Of a stretch of 64,000 nucleotides of DNA, positions 35,100-46,836 are shown piece by piece. Position numbers and translations under genes: made by a program. The stretch is from Minutocellus sp. GHC0000111. Its lineage: Eukaryota. The notes beneath the pieces were generated by a model that saw nothing but the letters and a program-made list of their open reading frames with translations, was not told the origin of the DNA and made no database searches. The stretch's first letter is position 1, and each line of letters begins with the position of its first letter. The DNA lies in contig OZ361258.1 in the NCBI GenBank assembly GCA_977018835.1, forward strand, positions 992,001-1,056,000, written 5' to 3'.

Positions 35100-35865
35100 G
35101 GAAGCTTCTTGAAGCGCCAGTCGGCAGAAGTTGCCCAGTCTATTTGTGGTAATTGCTTGGAGGTCGGTTGTTGACGGATGTGTTTTGATTTGCTTGCTTT
35201 GCCGCGTGTTTTTCAAGGTGCGCGCAAACCGCCGTGTCGGAAAGTCCAAAGACCCAAAAAACCGGGTCCCCGAAATTGCTGTCCCGGACCTCGAGGTCGC
35301 GGACAGCAGTTTCAGGGACCCGGTTTTCGGGTCTTTGGGCAAAATCTCATAAAAATCAGCACAAACGCACGCAGCAAGCAGCATTTGTTTGCTATCGTCC
35401 TGTCTTCAAGATGGCGGTGACGGCAGTGCCGACGGCATCCGCTTCACGCAAGGGATAAGCGTGGTATCTCCAGAACGGGTTGGTCCTTGACCTTGGACCG
35501 ACTCGGAGACATCGATTTCATCTTCCCATGCCAGCGTCTGGCCGATTCACCCCATCCATCGCCCCTCCCGACTTCTGCCAGTTTTTCCGATGACAACCGG
35601 TCACCTCCTCCACCTCCCGACCCCACCACCACCTCCCAAATGCATTGATTCAAGTAGCCATATGGTTTGAGCTCCGATATCGGTCTCCATGGTCCCCATG
35701 ATGGCGCATCTCATGCGGTCCGGGTGACCCCGCGCCAAAATCGAGCGGGCCAAAAAAATCATCACCCGCCCGGCGCGCCCGCCACTCAATGAAACCTTCC
35801 TCATTTCCAACCCACCCGACATACAAACTGTTGCTCTACTGCCACAAAACACTGCATCCAACACC

Positions 35866-37518
35866 ATGTTAATGCAAATGGCTGTTGCTGCTGCTGCCGC
35901 CACCGCAGCTGATGCGCCAGCATGTCGCCGCTCCCGTCGGTCCGGCAGCTCCATCCCATGCTTTGATTGTTTTGTCCATCGGAGCGGCACCATCGATGCC
36001 TCTACGATTCGTGGCAAGTCTCCTGGGATGATCCAGACCATAGCGAACCGGGCATGGGCGGGCCTCTCACTTCAGAAACAGCAGGATATTGTGGAGCAAG
36101 CCCGAGAGGAGGAGCTGTGCTGTCCGAGCCAGACCGGTCCTGATCCGGCACAAGATGTGCCGATTTCTCAAATTCAAATTGCTCGGCGCAATTCGTCATC
36201 CAATAACGCCGATGCCAGCCCTGAGTCGACGGTCGAGGACAATGCTGGCATCGCTGCTCGTCCTGGTGATGACAATGTTGAAGCTGGGGGCATCGCCGAG
36301 TCCATGGTGGTGGATGGAAGCGGCAACAGTGAAGAATCTGGCAATCCTGCCAGTGTCGGTGTTTCTGCTACCGGCACCGCCAATTCTGGTGGATCGACCG
36401 AGGAGAATTTGGATGTGCTGCTGGTTGAGGCCGAAGCGCAACACAAAGCTGCAGAGGAGGCTTTGAAAGGGCTAAGGGACTCCTTGAAACGAGAAAAGCG
36501 GAAGGATGAAAAGGCCATGGCCGATGCCGAGAAGAAAAGGAACAAAATGAAGGATGAGAACGGCAATTTACCGAATGGAAAGAAGCGAGTTCTCCTCGTG
36601 CATTGCGATGAGAAATGGTTCTGGGGTCTCGTCCTCCGAGCTTTTGCGAAGGCTTGCGAGGAAATCGGCGTGAAAAAGCGAGATTACGCGGCCTTTCACA
36701 GGAGCCACATCAACAAGGTCATGGCCATTGCATTTGTTGCCGCTGTCTTTGACGGTTCTCTTGAGAGTGGGTGCGAGGTTGTAAAACTGCCACTGGTACG
36801 AGCTCAAGCTCCTAAAATAGCGGAGCGAGCTCAGCACGAAGCAGCATCACAGCCTGATGGTTCAACACGGCACCCAAATACCAACCCCGATGGGACACCA
36901 AAGGAACCTCTTCGCCGGAAAGGAGAGTCGTTTCTTGTTGATTGTTGCGTTACTGGATCGAACGAAGGCACCAAAACGGATCCGAAATGCTCTTTGCTCC
37001 TCGTATTCAAGGAGACCATTTTCCCAGCGATTCTCAACCTTGTCGGTCCGGGCAAGCAATACGAAGATTGCCATGTTATTATCCAGGGCGACCAGGCCGG
37101 GCCTCACGAGGACGGAGCCTTCACGCAATTTGTTACTAACTTCTGTGCTGAGCAAGGCTGGACGTGGCAGCCACAGGCACCGCAGATGCCTCACGCCAAC
37201 GTCCTTGACTTGAGCGTGTTCCCCGCGATGAGCCGGCGGCACTCGGAATGGGCACGAAAAATGGTAGGCACCTCCGTCATTTCCACCGACCAGATCTGGG
37301 ACACTGCCGAGGACGTTTACGATAGCATGCCTAACTGCAAAATTGCTTCGGCCTTCATTCAGTGCTGGAGGATAATGGGCCTGGTGATTAAGGCCGGTGG
37401 TAGCAATGAGTTTGTTGGAAGGTTGGGTGACGAAAACTTGCACACTGGAATTAGGATCGACTTCAACGAAACGGCCAAGGGGATGGAGCCCTCAGCTCGT
37501 CATCCTTCTAATAAATAG
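35866..37518 (+). CDS. DD38D transposase (unit 6; HCDEKWF, P->S)
   Basis: Variants at 36226 and 36605. Confidence 0.9.
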   Translation: MLMQMAVAAAAATAADAPACRRSRRSGSSIPCFDCFVHRSGTIDASTIRGKSPGMIQTIANRAWAGLSLQKQQDIVEQAREEELCCPSQTGPDPAQDVPISQIQIARRNSSSNNADASPESTVEDNAGIAARPGDDNVEAGGIAESMVVDGSGNSEESGNPASVGVSATGTANSGGSTEENLDVLLVEAEAQHKAAEEALKGLRDSLKREKRKDEKAMADAEKKRNKMKDENGNLPNGKKRVLLVHCDEKWFWGLVLRAFAKACEEIGVKKRDYAAFHRSHINKVMAIAFVAAVFDGSLESGCEVVKLPLVRAQAPKIAERAQHEAASQPDGSTRHPNTNPDGTPKEPLRRKGESFLVDCCVTGSNEGTKTDPKCSLLLVFKETIFPAILNLVGPGKQYEDCHVIIQGDQAGPHEDGAFTQFVTNFCAEQGWTWQPQAPQMPHANVLDLSVFPAMSRRHSEWARKMVGTSVISTDQIWDTAEDVYDSMPNCKIASAFIQCWRIMGLVIKAGGSNEFVGRLGDENLHTGIRIDFNETAKGMEPSARHPSNK

Positions 37519-37613
37519 ATAGTGTTAATGTCTTTACACATGTATTAAATAAATGTTACACGTCTACAAATTATTTATAGATCTACATGTAAGATGCAGC
37601 AGCATTGGTTTGT

Positions 37614-38756
37614 TTATGTCACGGTGGGCTTCTTTGTTCTTCTATTTCTACCGGTGTTCTTTTTTGCCTCCTTGGCCTTCTTATGATCATTAGAAAGCCA
37701 CACAGCGTGGAGGGACTGACGAATCTTTCCGCGCTTCACACCATGTGCATCGGCAAGTTTGTTGTCAGTGAGGGCAGGGTGAGCAGTTGGTTGTTTACTC
37801 CCATCCTCATATCCCAACTTACATGCATCTAATGCAATCTTGTCAGTAGATAATGCAATAGAGAATTCTATTGTCTTGTTATCATACAATCCGAGTTCTC
37901 TGCTTCTCCACCCTTTCGGGTAGGCACCACGACCCTCTCTTACTTGGCGATCGACTTCGATCATGCCTAGCACTGTGGTGACCGCGACCTCGCTACCCCA
38001 ACCAGGAACTTGTTTGAAGGGGAGGTAGACCCCTTTCTCTTTTCTTCTTGGTTCGGGCCTCTGACTACATGTGGGTGACTTGTAGTTCTTTATGTCTTGT
38101 GGTAGTGGTGCTTCTCCGTACGTCAAAAAGCACACAAGCCTCCGATGTTCCTCAACCTCTCGTTCAATCTGTCGTTCGGTTGGTTCGGTTGGAGGCAAGG
38201 GCTCCAAGATGGTAGGGGATGACAATTGAAGGTTGCTGAACGACGGGCATGAGCGGCTTGGGGTAAGAGCATACTGAGTATGAACTGACATTGGACTTGT
38301 TACCATGGGCGTGGCGGAGGGAAGGTCGAATGAGCTCACGGGCTTTCTCCTCTCGCCGCTTGGCTTTGCGTCGGCGGTTGCTATGCTCATCTCTGAGAAT
38401 GAATCATCTTCATCAGAATGAGATGAAACGGTAGCGGTACCGCGAAAGTCGGCACGCAATATGTCATGATGCAAGTACTTCCTTGCTTGGGCTTGTTCGG
38501 CGGCGAAGCCATCCTCTTCGTTGTACTCGCGTCGATATTTCAACACACGAGGAGATGTGAGGTCTGACGATGCCGGTGGGACCCCTTGGTTGTCCTCCTC
38601 GTCATCGTTGTCCTTGTTCTCTCGATGCCGCGGATGTTCCGGCGTTTCGTTGGAAGTTTCCTTCTCATGGCGCGAGGGGCTGAATGCAGTCGCCTCGGCG
38701 CGTTTCGGTGGACGCGGTGGACTGAAGATGTGCCCCTTTGGAGTATCCATGAGCAT
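37614..38756 (-). CDS. Transposon ORF2 (unit 6)
   Basis: As unit 4. Confidence 0.65.
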   Translation of the reverse strand: MLMDTPKGHIFSPPRPPKRAEATAFSPSRHEKETSNETPEHPRHRENKDNDDEEDNQGVPPASSDLTSPRVLKYRREYNEEDGFAAEQAQARKYLHHDILRADFRGTATVSSHSDEDDSFSEMSIATADAKPSGERRKPVSSFDLPSATPMVTSPMSVHTQYALTPSRSCPSFSNLQLSSPTILEPLPPTEPTERQIEREVEEHRRLVCFLTYGEAPLPQDIKNYKSPTCSQRPEPRRKEKGVYLPFKQVPGWGSEVAVTTVLGMIEVDRQVREGRGAYPKGWRSRELGLYDNKTIEFSIALSTDKIALDACKLGYEDGSKQPTAHPALTDNKLADAHGVKRGKIRQSLHAVWLSNDHKKAKEAKKNTGRNRRTKKPTVT

Positions 38757-39522
38757 GGAAGCTTCTTGAAGCGCCAGTCGGCAGAAGTTGCCCAGTCTAT
38801 TTGTGGTAATTGCTTGGAGGTCGGTTGTTGACGGATGTGTTTTGATTTGCTTGCTTTGCCGCGTGTTTTTCAAGGTGCGCGCAAACCGCCGTGTCGGAAA
38901 GTCCAAAGACCCAAAAAACCGGGTCCCCGAAATTGCTGTCCCGGACCTCGAGGTCGCGGACAGCAGTTTCAGGGACCCGGTTTTCGGGTCTTTGGGCAAA
39001 ATCTCATAAAAATCAGCACAAACGCACGCAGCAAGCAGCATTTGTTTGCTATCGTCCTGTCTTCAAGATGGCGGTGACGGCAGTGCCGACGGCATCCGCT
39101 TCACGCAAGGGATAAGCGTGGTATCTCCAGAACGGGTTGGTCCTTGACCTTGGACCGACTCGGAGACATCGATTTCATCTTCCCATGCCAGCGTCTGGCC
39201 GATTCACCCCATCCATCGCCCCTCCCGACTTCTGCCAGTTTTTCCGATGACAACCGGTCACCTCCTCCACCTCCCGACCCCACCACCACCTCCCAAATGC
39301 ATTGATTCAAGTAGCCATATGGTTTGAGCTCCGATATCGGTCTCCATGGTCCCCATGATGGCGCATCTCATGCGGTCCGGGTGACCCCGCGCCAAAATCG
39401 AGCGGGCCAAAAAAATCATCACCCGCCCGGCGCGCCCGCCACTCAATGAAACCTTCCTCATTTCCAACCCACCCGACATACAAACTGTTGCTCTACTGCC
39501 ACAAAACACTGCATCCAACACC

Positions 39523-41175
39523 ATGTTAATGCAAATGGCTGTTGCTGCTGCTGCCGCCACCGCAGCTGATGCGCCAGCATGTCGCCGCTCCCGTCGGTCC
39601 GGCAGCTCCATCCCATGCTTTGATTGTTTTGTCCATCGGAGCGGCACCATCGATGCCTCTACGATTCGTGGCAAGTCTCCTGGGATGATCCAGACCATGG
39701 CGAACCGGGCATGGGCGGGCCTCTCACTTCAGAAACAGCAGGATATTGTGGAGCAAGCCCGAGAGGAGGAGCTGTGCTGTCCGAGCCAGACCGGTCCTGA
39801 TCCGGCACAAGATGTGCCGATTTCTCAAATTCAAATTGCTCGGCGCAATTCGTCATCCAATAACGCCGATGCCAGCCCTGAGCCGACGGTCGAGGACAAT
39901 GCTGGCATCGCTGCTCGTCCTGGTGATGACAATGTCGAAGCTGGGGGCATCGCCGAGTCCATGGTGGTGGATGGAAGCGGCAACAGTGAAGAATCTGGCA
40001 ATCCTGCCAGTGTCGGTGTTTCTGCTACCGGCACCGCCAATTCTGGTGGATCGACCGAGGAGAATTTGGATGTGCTGCTGGTTGAGGCCGAAGCGCAACA
40101 CAAAGCTGCAGAGGAGGCTTTGAAAGGGCTAAGGGACTCCTTGAAACGAGAAAAGCGGAAGGATGAAAAGGCCATGGCCGATGCCGAGAAGAAAAGGAAC
40201 AAAATGAAGGATGAGAACGGCAATTTACCGAATGGAAAGAAGCGAGTTCTCCTCGTGCATTACGATGAGAAATGGTTCTGGGTTCTCGTCCTCCGAGCTT
40301 TTGCGAAGGCTTGCGAGGAAATCGGCGTGAAAAAGCGAGATTACGCGGCCTTTCACAGGAGCCACATCAACAAGGTCATGGCCATTGCATTTGTTGCCGC
40401 TGTCTTTGACGGTTCTCTTGAGAGTGGGTGCGAGGTTGTAAAACTGCCACTGGTACGAGCTCAAGCTCCTAAAATAGCGGAGCGAGCTCAGCACGAAGCA
40501 GCATCACAGCCTGATGGTTCAACACGGCACCCAAATACCAACCCCGATGGGACACCAAAGGAACCTCTTCGCCGGAAAGGAGAGTCGTTTCTTGTTGATT
40601 GTTGCGTTACTGGATCGAACGAAGGCACCAAAACGGATCCGAAATGCTCTTTGCTCCTCGTATTCAAGGAGACCATTTTCCCAGCGATTCTCAACCTTGT
40701 CGGTCCGGGCAAGCAATACGAAGATTGCCATGTTATTATCCAGGGCGACCAGGCCGGGCCTCACGAGGACGGAGCCTTCACGCAATTTGTTACTAACTTC
40801 TGTGCTGAGCAAGGCTGGACGTGGCAGCCACAGGCACCGCAGATGCCTCACGCCAACGTCCTTGACTTGAGCGTGTTCCCCGCGATGAGCCGGCGGCACT
40901 CGGAATGGGCACGAAAAATGGTAGGCACCTCCGTCATTTCCACCGACCAGATCTGGGACACTGCCGAGGACGTTTACGATAGCATGCCTAACTGCAAAAT
41001 TGCTTCGGCCTTCATTCAGTGCTGGAGGATAATGGGCCTGGTGATTAAGGCCGGTGGTAGCAATGAGTTTGTTGGAAGGTTGGGTGACGAAAACTTGCAC
41101 ACTGGAATTAGGATCGACTTCAACGAAACGGCCAAGGGGATGGAGCCCTCAGCTCGTCATCCTTCTAATAAATAG
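39523..41175 (+). CDS. DD38D transposase (unit 7; I->M, G->V)
   Basis: Variants at 39699 and 40283. Confidence 0.9.
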   Translation: MLMQMAVAAAAATAADAPACRRSRRSGSSIPCFDCFVHRSGTIDASTIRGKSPGMIQTMANRAWAGLSLQKQQDIVEQAREEELCCPSQTGPDPAQDVPISQIQIARRNSSSNNADASPEPTVEDNAGIAARPGDDNVEAGGIAESMVVDGSGNSEESGNPASVGVSATGTANSGGSTEENLDVLLVEAEAQHKAAEEALKGLRDSLKREKRKDEKAMADAEKKRNKMKDENGNLPNGKKRVLLVHYDEKWFWVLVLRAFAKACEEIGVKKRDYAAFHRSHINKVMAIAFVAAVFDGSLESGCEVVKLPLVRAQAPKIAERAQHEAASQPDGSTRHPNTNPDGTPKEPLRRKGESFLVDCCVTGSNEGTKTDPKCSLLLVFKETIFPAILNLVGPGKQYEDCHVIIQGDQAGPHEDGAFTQFVTNFCAEQGWTWQPQAPQMPHANVLDLSVFPAMSRRHSEWARKMVGTSVISTDQIWDTAEDVYDSMPNCKIASAFIQCWRIMGLVIKAGGSNEFVGRLGDENLHTGIRIDFNETAKGMEPSARHPSNK

Positions 41176-41270
41176 ATAGTGTTAATGTCTTTACACATGT
41201 ATTAAATAAATGTTACACGTCTACAAATTATTTATAGATCTACATGTAAGATGCAGCAGCATTGGTTTGT

Positions 41271-42413
41271 TTATGTCACGGTGGGCTTCTTTGTTCTTCT
41301 ATTTCTACCGGTGTTCTTTTTTGCCTCCTTGGCCTTCTTATGATCATTAGAAAGCCACACAGCGTGGAGGGACTGACGAATCTTTCCGCGCTTCACACCA
41401 TGTGCATCGGCAAGTTTGTTGTCAGTGAGGGCAGGGTGAGCAGTTGGTTGTTTACTCCCATCCTCATATCCCAACTTACATGCATCTAATGCAATCTTGT
41501 CAGTAGATAATGCAATAGAGAATTCTATTGTCTTGTTATCATACAATCCGAGTTCTCTGCTTCTCCACCCTTTCGGGTAGGCACCACGACCCTCTCTTAC
41601 TTGGCGATCGACTTCGATCATGCCTAGCACTGTGGTGACCGCGACCTCGCTACCCCAACCAGGAACTTGTTTGAAGGGGAGGTAGACCCCTTTCTCTTTT
41701 CTTCTTGGTTCGGGCCTCTGACTACATGTGGGTGACTTGTAGTTCTTTATGTCTTGTGGTAGTGGTGCTTCTCCGTACGTCAAAAAGCACACAAGCCTCC
41801 GATGTTCCTCAACCTCTCGTTCAATCTGTCGTTCGGTTGGTTCGGTTGGAGGCAAGGGCTCCAAGATGGTAGGGGATGACAATTGAAGGTTGCTGAACGA
41901 CGGGCATGAGCGGCTTGGGGTAAGAGCATACTGAGTATGAACTGACATTGGACTTGTTACCATGGGCGTGGCGGAGGGAAGGTCGAATGAGCTCACGGGC
42001 TTTCTCCTCTCGCCGCTTGGCTTTGCGTCGGCGGTTGCTATGCTCATCTCTGAGAATGAATCATCTTCATCAGAATGAGATGAAACGGTAGCGGTACCGC
42101 GAAAGTCGGCACGCAATATGTCATGATGCAAGTACTTCCTTGCTTGGGCTTGTTCGGCGGCGAAGCCATCCTCTTCGTTGTACTCGCGTCGATATTTCAA
42201 CACACGAGGAGATGTGAGGTCTGACGATGCCGGTGGGACCCCTTGGTTGTCCTCCTCGTCATCGTTGTCCTTGTTCTCTCGATGCCGCGGATGTTCCGGC
42301 GTTTCGTTGGAAGTTTCCTTCTCATGGCGCGAGGGGCTGAATGCAGTCGCCTCGGCGCGTTTCGGTGGACGCGGTGGACTGAAGATGTGCCCCTTTGGAG
42401 TATCCATGAGCAT
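41271..42413 (-). CDS. Transposon ORF2 (unit 7)
   Basis: As unit 4. Confidence 0.65.
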   Translation of the reverse strand: MLMDTPKGHIFSPPRPPKRAEATAFSPSRHEKETSNETPEHPRHRENKDNDDEEDNQGVPPASSDLTSPRVLKYRREYNEEDGFAAEQAQARKYLHHDILRADFRGTATVSSHSDEDDSFSEMSIATADAKPSGERRKPVSSFDLPSATPMVTSPMSVHTQYALTPSRSCPSFSNLQLSSPTILEPLPPTEPTERQIEREVEEHRRLVCFLTYGEAPLPQDIKNYKSPTCSQRPEPRRKEKGVYLPFKQVPGWGSEVAVTTVLGMIEVDRQVREGRGAYPKGWRSRELGLYDNKTIEFSIALSTDKIALDACKLGYEDGSKQPTAHPALTDNKLADAHGVKRGKIRQSLHAVWLSNDHKKAKEAKKNTGRNRRTKKPTVT

Positions 42414-43179
42414 GGAAGCTTCTTGAAGCGCCAGTCGGCAGAAGTTGCCCAGTCTATTTGTGGTAATTGCTTGGAGGTCGGTTGTTGACGGATGTGTTTT
42501 GATTTGCTTGCTTTGCCGCGTGTTTTTCAAGGTGCGCGCAAACCGCCGTGTCGGAAAGTCCAAAGACCCAAAAAACCGGGTCCCCGAAATTGCTGTCCCG
42601 GACCTCGAGGTCGCGGACAGCAGTTTCAGGGACCCGGTTTTCGGGTCTTTGGGCAAAATCTCATAAAAATCAGCACAAACGCACGCAGCAAGCAGCATTT
42701 GTTTGCTATCGTCCTGTCTTCAAGATGGCGGTGACGGCAGTGCCGACGGCATCCGCTTCACGCAAGGGATAAGCGTGGTATCTCCAGAACGGGTTGGTCC
42801 TTGACCTTGGACCGACTCGGAGACATCGATTTCATCTTCCCATGCCAGCGTCTGGCCGATTCACCCCATCCATCGCCCCTCCCGACTTCTGCCAGTTTTT
42901 CCGATGACAACCGGTCACCTCCTCCACCTCCCGACCCCACCACCACCTCCCAAATGCATTGATTCAAGTAGCCATATGGTTTGAGCTCCGATATCGGTCT
43001 CCATGGTCCCCATGATGGCGCATCTCATGCGGTCCGGGTGACCCCGCGCCAAAATCGAGCGGGCCAAAAAAATCATCACCCGCCCGGCGCGCCCGCCACT
43101 CAATGAAACCTTCCTCATTTCCAACCCACCCGACATACAAACTGTTGCTCTACTGCCACAAAACACTGCATCCAACACC

Positions 43180-44832
43180 ATGTTAATGCAAATGGCTGTT
43201 GCTGCTGCTGCCGCCACCGCAGCTGATGCGCCAGCATGTCGCCGCTCCCGTCGGTCCGGCAGCTCCATCCCATGCTTTGATTGTTTTGTCCATCGGAGCG
43301 GCACCATCGATGCCTCTACGATTCGTGGCAAGTCTCCTGGGATGATCCAGACCATAGCGAACCGGGCATGGGCGGGCCTCTCACTTCAGAAACAGCAGGA
43401 TATTGTGGAGCAAGCCCGAGAGGAGGAGCTGTGCTGTCCGAGCCAGACCGGTCCTGATCCGGCACAAGATGTGCCGATTTCTCAAATTCAAATTGCTCGG
43501 CGCAATTCGTCATCCAATAACGCCGATGCCAGCCCTGAGCCGACGGTCGAGGACAATGCTGGCATCGCTGCTCGTCCTGGTGATGACAATGTCGAAGCTG
43601 GGGGCATCGCCGAGTCCATGGTGGTGGATGGAAGCGGCAACAGTGAAGAATCTGGCAATCCTGCCAGTGTCGGTGTTTCTGCTACCGGCACCGCCAATTC
43701 TGGTGGATCGACCGAGGAGAATTTGGATGTGCTGCTGGTTGAGGCCGAAGCGCAACACAAAGCTGCAGAGGAGGCTTTGAAAGGGCTAAGGGACTCCTTG
43801 AAACGAGAAAAGCGGAAGGATGAAAAGGCCGTGGCCGATGCCGAGAAGAAAAGGAACAAAATGAAGGATGAGAACGGCAATTTACCGAATGGAAAGAAGC
43901 GAGTTCTCCTCGTGCATTACGATGAGAAATGGTTCTGGGTTCTCGTCCTCCGAGCTTTTGCGAAGGCTTGCGAGGAAATCGGCGTGAAAAAGCGAGATTA
44001 CGCGGCCTTTCACAGGAGCCACATCAACAAGGTCATGGCCATTGCATTTGTTGCCGCTGTCTTTGACGGTTCTCTTGAGAGTGGGTGCGAGGTTGTAAAA
44101 CTGCCACTGGTACGAGCTCAAGCTCCTAAAATAGCGGAGCGAGCTCAGCACGAAGCAGCATCACAGCCTGATGGTTCAACACGGCACCCAAATACCAACC
44201 CCGATGGGACACCAAAGGAACCTCTTCGCCGGAAAGGAGAGTCGTTTCTTGTTGATTGTTGCGTTACTGGATCGAACGAAGGCACCAAAACGGATCCGAA
44301 ATGCTCTTTGCTCCTCGTATTCAAGGAGACCATTTTCCCAGCGATTCTCAACCTTGTCGGTCCGGGCAAGCAATACGAAGATTGCCATGTTATTATCCAG
44401 GGCGACCAGGCCGGGCCTCACGAGGACGGAGCCTTCACGCAATTTGTTACTAACTTCTGTGCTGAGCAAGGCTGGACGTGGCAGCCACAGGCACCGCAGA
44501 TGCCTCACGCCAACGTCCTTGACTTGAGCGTGTTCCCCGCGATGAGCCGGCGGCACTCGGAATGGGCACGAAAAATGGTAGGCACCTCCGTCATTTCCAC
44601 CGACCAGATCTGGGACACTGCCGAGGACGTTTACGATAGCATGCCTAACTGCAAAATTGCTTCGGCCTTCATTCAGTACTGGAGGATAATGGGCCTGGTG
44701 ATTAAGGCCGGTGGTAGCAATGAGTTTGTTGGAAGGTTGGGTGACGAAAACTTGCACACTGGAATTAGGATCGACTTCAACGAAACGGCCAAGGGGATGG
44801 AGCCCTCAGCTCGTCATCCTTCTAATAAATAG
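43180..44832 (+). CDS. DD38D transposase (unit 8; M->V, G->V, QYW)
   Basis: Variants at 43831, 43940 and 44678. Confidence 0.9.
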   Translation: MLMQMAVAAAAATAADAPACRRSRRSGSSIPCFDCFVHRSGTIDASTIRGKSPGMIQTIANRAWAGLSLQKQQDIVEQAREEELCCPSQTGPDPAQDVPISQIQIARRNSSSNNADASPEPTVEDNAGIAARPGDDNVEAGGIAESMVVDGSGNSEESGNPASVGVSATGTANSGGSTEENLDVLLVEAEAQHKAAEEALKGLRDSLKREKRKDEKAVADAEKKRNKMKDENGNLPNGKKRVLLVHYDEKWFWVLVLRAFAKACEEIGVKKRDYAAFHRSHINKVMAIAFVAAVFDGSLESGCEVVKLPLVRAQAPKIAERAQHEAASQPDGSTRHPNTNPDGTPKEPLRRKGESFLVDCCVTGSNEGTKTDPKCSLLLVFKETIFPAILNLVGPGKQYEDCHVIIQGDQAGPHEDGAFTQFVTNFCAEQGWTWQPQAPQMPHANVLDLSVFPAMSRRHSEWARKMVGTSVISTDQIWDTAEDVYDSMPNCKIASAFIQYWRIMGLVIKAGGSNEFVGRLGDENLHTGIRIDFNETAKGMEPSARHPSNK

Positions 44833-44927
44833 ATAGTGTTAATGTCTTTACACATGTATTAAATAAATGTTACACGTCTACAAATTATTTATAGATCTAC
44901 ATGTAAGATGCAGCAGCACTGGTTTGT

Positions 44928-46070
44928 TCATGTCACGGTGGGCTTCTTTGTTCTTCTATTTCTACCGGTGTTCTTTTTTGCCTCCTTGGCCTTCTTATGA
45001 TCATTAGAAAGCCACACAGCGTGGAGGGACTGACGAATCTTTCCGCGCTTCACACCATATGCATCGGCAAGTTTGTTGTCAGTGAGGGCAGGGTGAGCAG
45101 TTGGTTGTTTACTCCCATCCTCATATCCCAACTTATATGCATCTAATGCAATCTTGTCAGTAGATAATGCAATAGAGAATTCTATTGTCTTGTTATCATA
45201 CAATCCGAGTTCTCTGCTTCTCCACCCTTTCGGGTAGGCACCACGACCCTCTCTTACTTGGCGATCGACTTCGATCATGCCTAGCACTGTGGTGACCGCG
45301 ACCTCGCTACCCCAACCAGGAACTTGTTTGAAGGGGAGGTAGACCCCTTTCTCTTTTCTTCTTGGTTCGGGCCTCTGACTACATGTGGGTGACTTGTAGT
45401 TCTTTATGTCTTGTGGTAGTGGTGCTTCTCCGTACGTCAAAAAGCACACAAGCCTCCGATGTTCCTCAACCTCTCGTTCAATCTGTCGTTCGGTTGGTTC
45501 GGTTGGAGGCAAGGGCTCCAAGATGGTAGGGGATGACAATTGAAGGTTGCTGAACGACGGGCATGAGCGGCTTGGGGTAAGAGCATACTGAGTATGAACT
45601 GACATTGGACTTGTTACCATGGGCGTGGCGGAGGGAAGGTCGAATGAGCTCACGGGCTTTCTCCTCTCGCCGCTTGGCTTTGCGTCGGCGGTTGCTATGC
45701 TCATCTCTGAGAATGAATCATCTTCATCAGAATGAGATGAAACGGTAGCGGTACCGCGAAAGTCGGCACGCAATATGTCATGATGCAAGTACTTCCTTGC
45801 TTGGGCTTGTTCGGCGGCGAAGCCATCCTCTTCGTTGTACTCGCGTCGATATTTCAACACACGAGGAGATGTGAGGTCTGACGATGCCGGTGGGACCCCT
45901 TGGTTGTCCTCCTCGTCATCGTTGTCCTTGTTCTCTCGATGCCGCGGATGTTCCGGCGTTTCGTTGGAAGTTTCCTTCTCATGGCGCGAGGGGCTGAATG
46001 CAGTCGCCTCGGCGCGTTTCGGTGGACGCGGTGGACTGAAGATGTGCCCCTTTGGAGTATCCATGAGCAT
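44928..46070 (-). CDS. Transposon ORF2 (unit 8; stop TAA->TGA)
   Basis: Retains both Tyr; T->C at 44929 converts the stop to TGA. Confidence 0.65.
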   Translation of the reverse strand: MLMDTPKGHIFSPPRPPKRAEATAFSPSRHEKETSNETPEHPRHRENKDNDDEEDNQGVPPASSDLTSPRVLKYRREYNEEDGFAAEQAQARKYLHHDILRADFRGTATVSSHSDEDDSFSEMSIATADAKPSGERRKPVSSFDLPSATPMVTSPMSVHTQYALTPSRSCPSFSNLQLSSPTILEPLPPTEPTERQIEREVEEHRRLVCFLTYGEAPLPQDIKNYKSPTCSQRPEPRRKEKGVYLPFKQVPGWGSEVAVTTVLGMIEVDRQVREGRGAYPKGWRSRELGLYDNKTIEFSIALSTDKIALDAYKLGYEDGSKQPTAHPALTDNKLADAYGVKRGKIRQSLHAVWLSNDHKKAKEAKKNTGRNRRTKKPTVT

Positions 46071-46836
46071 GGAAGCTTCTTGAAGCGCCAGTCGGCAGAA
46101 GTTGCCCAGTCTATTTGTGGTAATTGCTTGGAGGTCGGTTGTTGACGGATGTGTTTTGATTTGCTTGCTTTGCCGCGTGTTTTTCAAGGTGCGCGCAAAC
46201 CGCCGTGTCGGAAAGTCCAAAGACCCAAAAAACCGGGTCCCCGAAATTGCTGTCCCGGACCTCGAGGTCGCGGACAGCAGTTTCAGGGACCCGGTTTTCG
46301 GGTCTTTGGGCAAAATCTCATAAAAATCAGCACAAACGCACGCAGCAAGCAGCATTTGTTTGCTATCGTCCTGTCTTCAAGATGGCGGTGACGGCAGTGC
46401 CGACGGCATCCGCTTCACGCAAGGGATAAGCGTGGTATCTCCAGAACGGGTTGGTCCTTGACCTTGGACCGACTCGGAGACATCGATTTCATCTTCCCAT
46501 GCCAGCGTCTGGCCGATTCACCCCATCCATCGCCCCTCCCGACTTCTGCCAGTTTTTCCGATGACAACCGGTCACCTCCTCCACCTCCCGACCCCACCAC
46601 CACCTCCCAAATGCATTGATTCAAGTAGCCATATGGTTTGAGCTCCGATATCGGTCTCCATGGTCCCCATGATGGCGCATCTCATGCGGTCCGGGTGACC
46701 CCGCGCCAAAATCGAGCGGGCCAAAAAAATCATCACCCGCCCGGCGCGCCCGCCACTCAATGAAACCTTCCTCATTTCCAACCCACCCGACATACAAACT
46801 GTTGCTCTACTGCCACAAAACACTGCATCCAACACC

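Larger units (their letters stand above)
31635..35293 (+). mobile_element. Tc1/mariner transposon, unit 5
   Basis: Same structure as unit 1. Confidence 0.92.
35292..38950 (+). mobile_element. Tc1/mariner transposon, unit 6
   Basis: Same structure as unit 1. Confidence 0.92.
38949..42607 (+). mobile_element. Tc1/mariner transposon, unit 7
   Basis: Same structure as unit 1. Confidence 0.92.
42606..46264 (+). mobile_element. Tc1/mariner transposon, unit 8
   Basis: Same structure as unit 1. Confidence 0.92.
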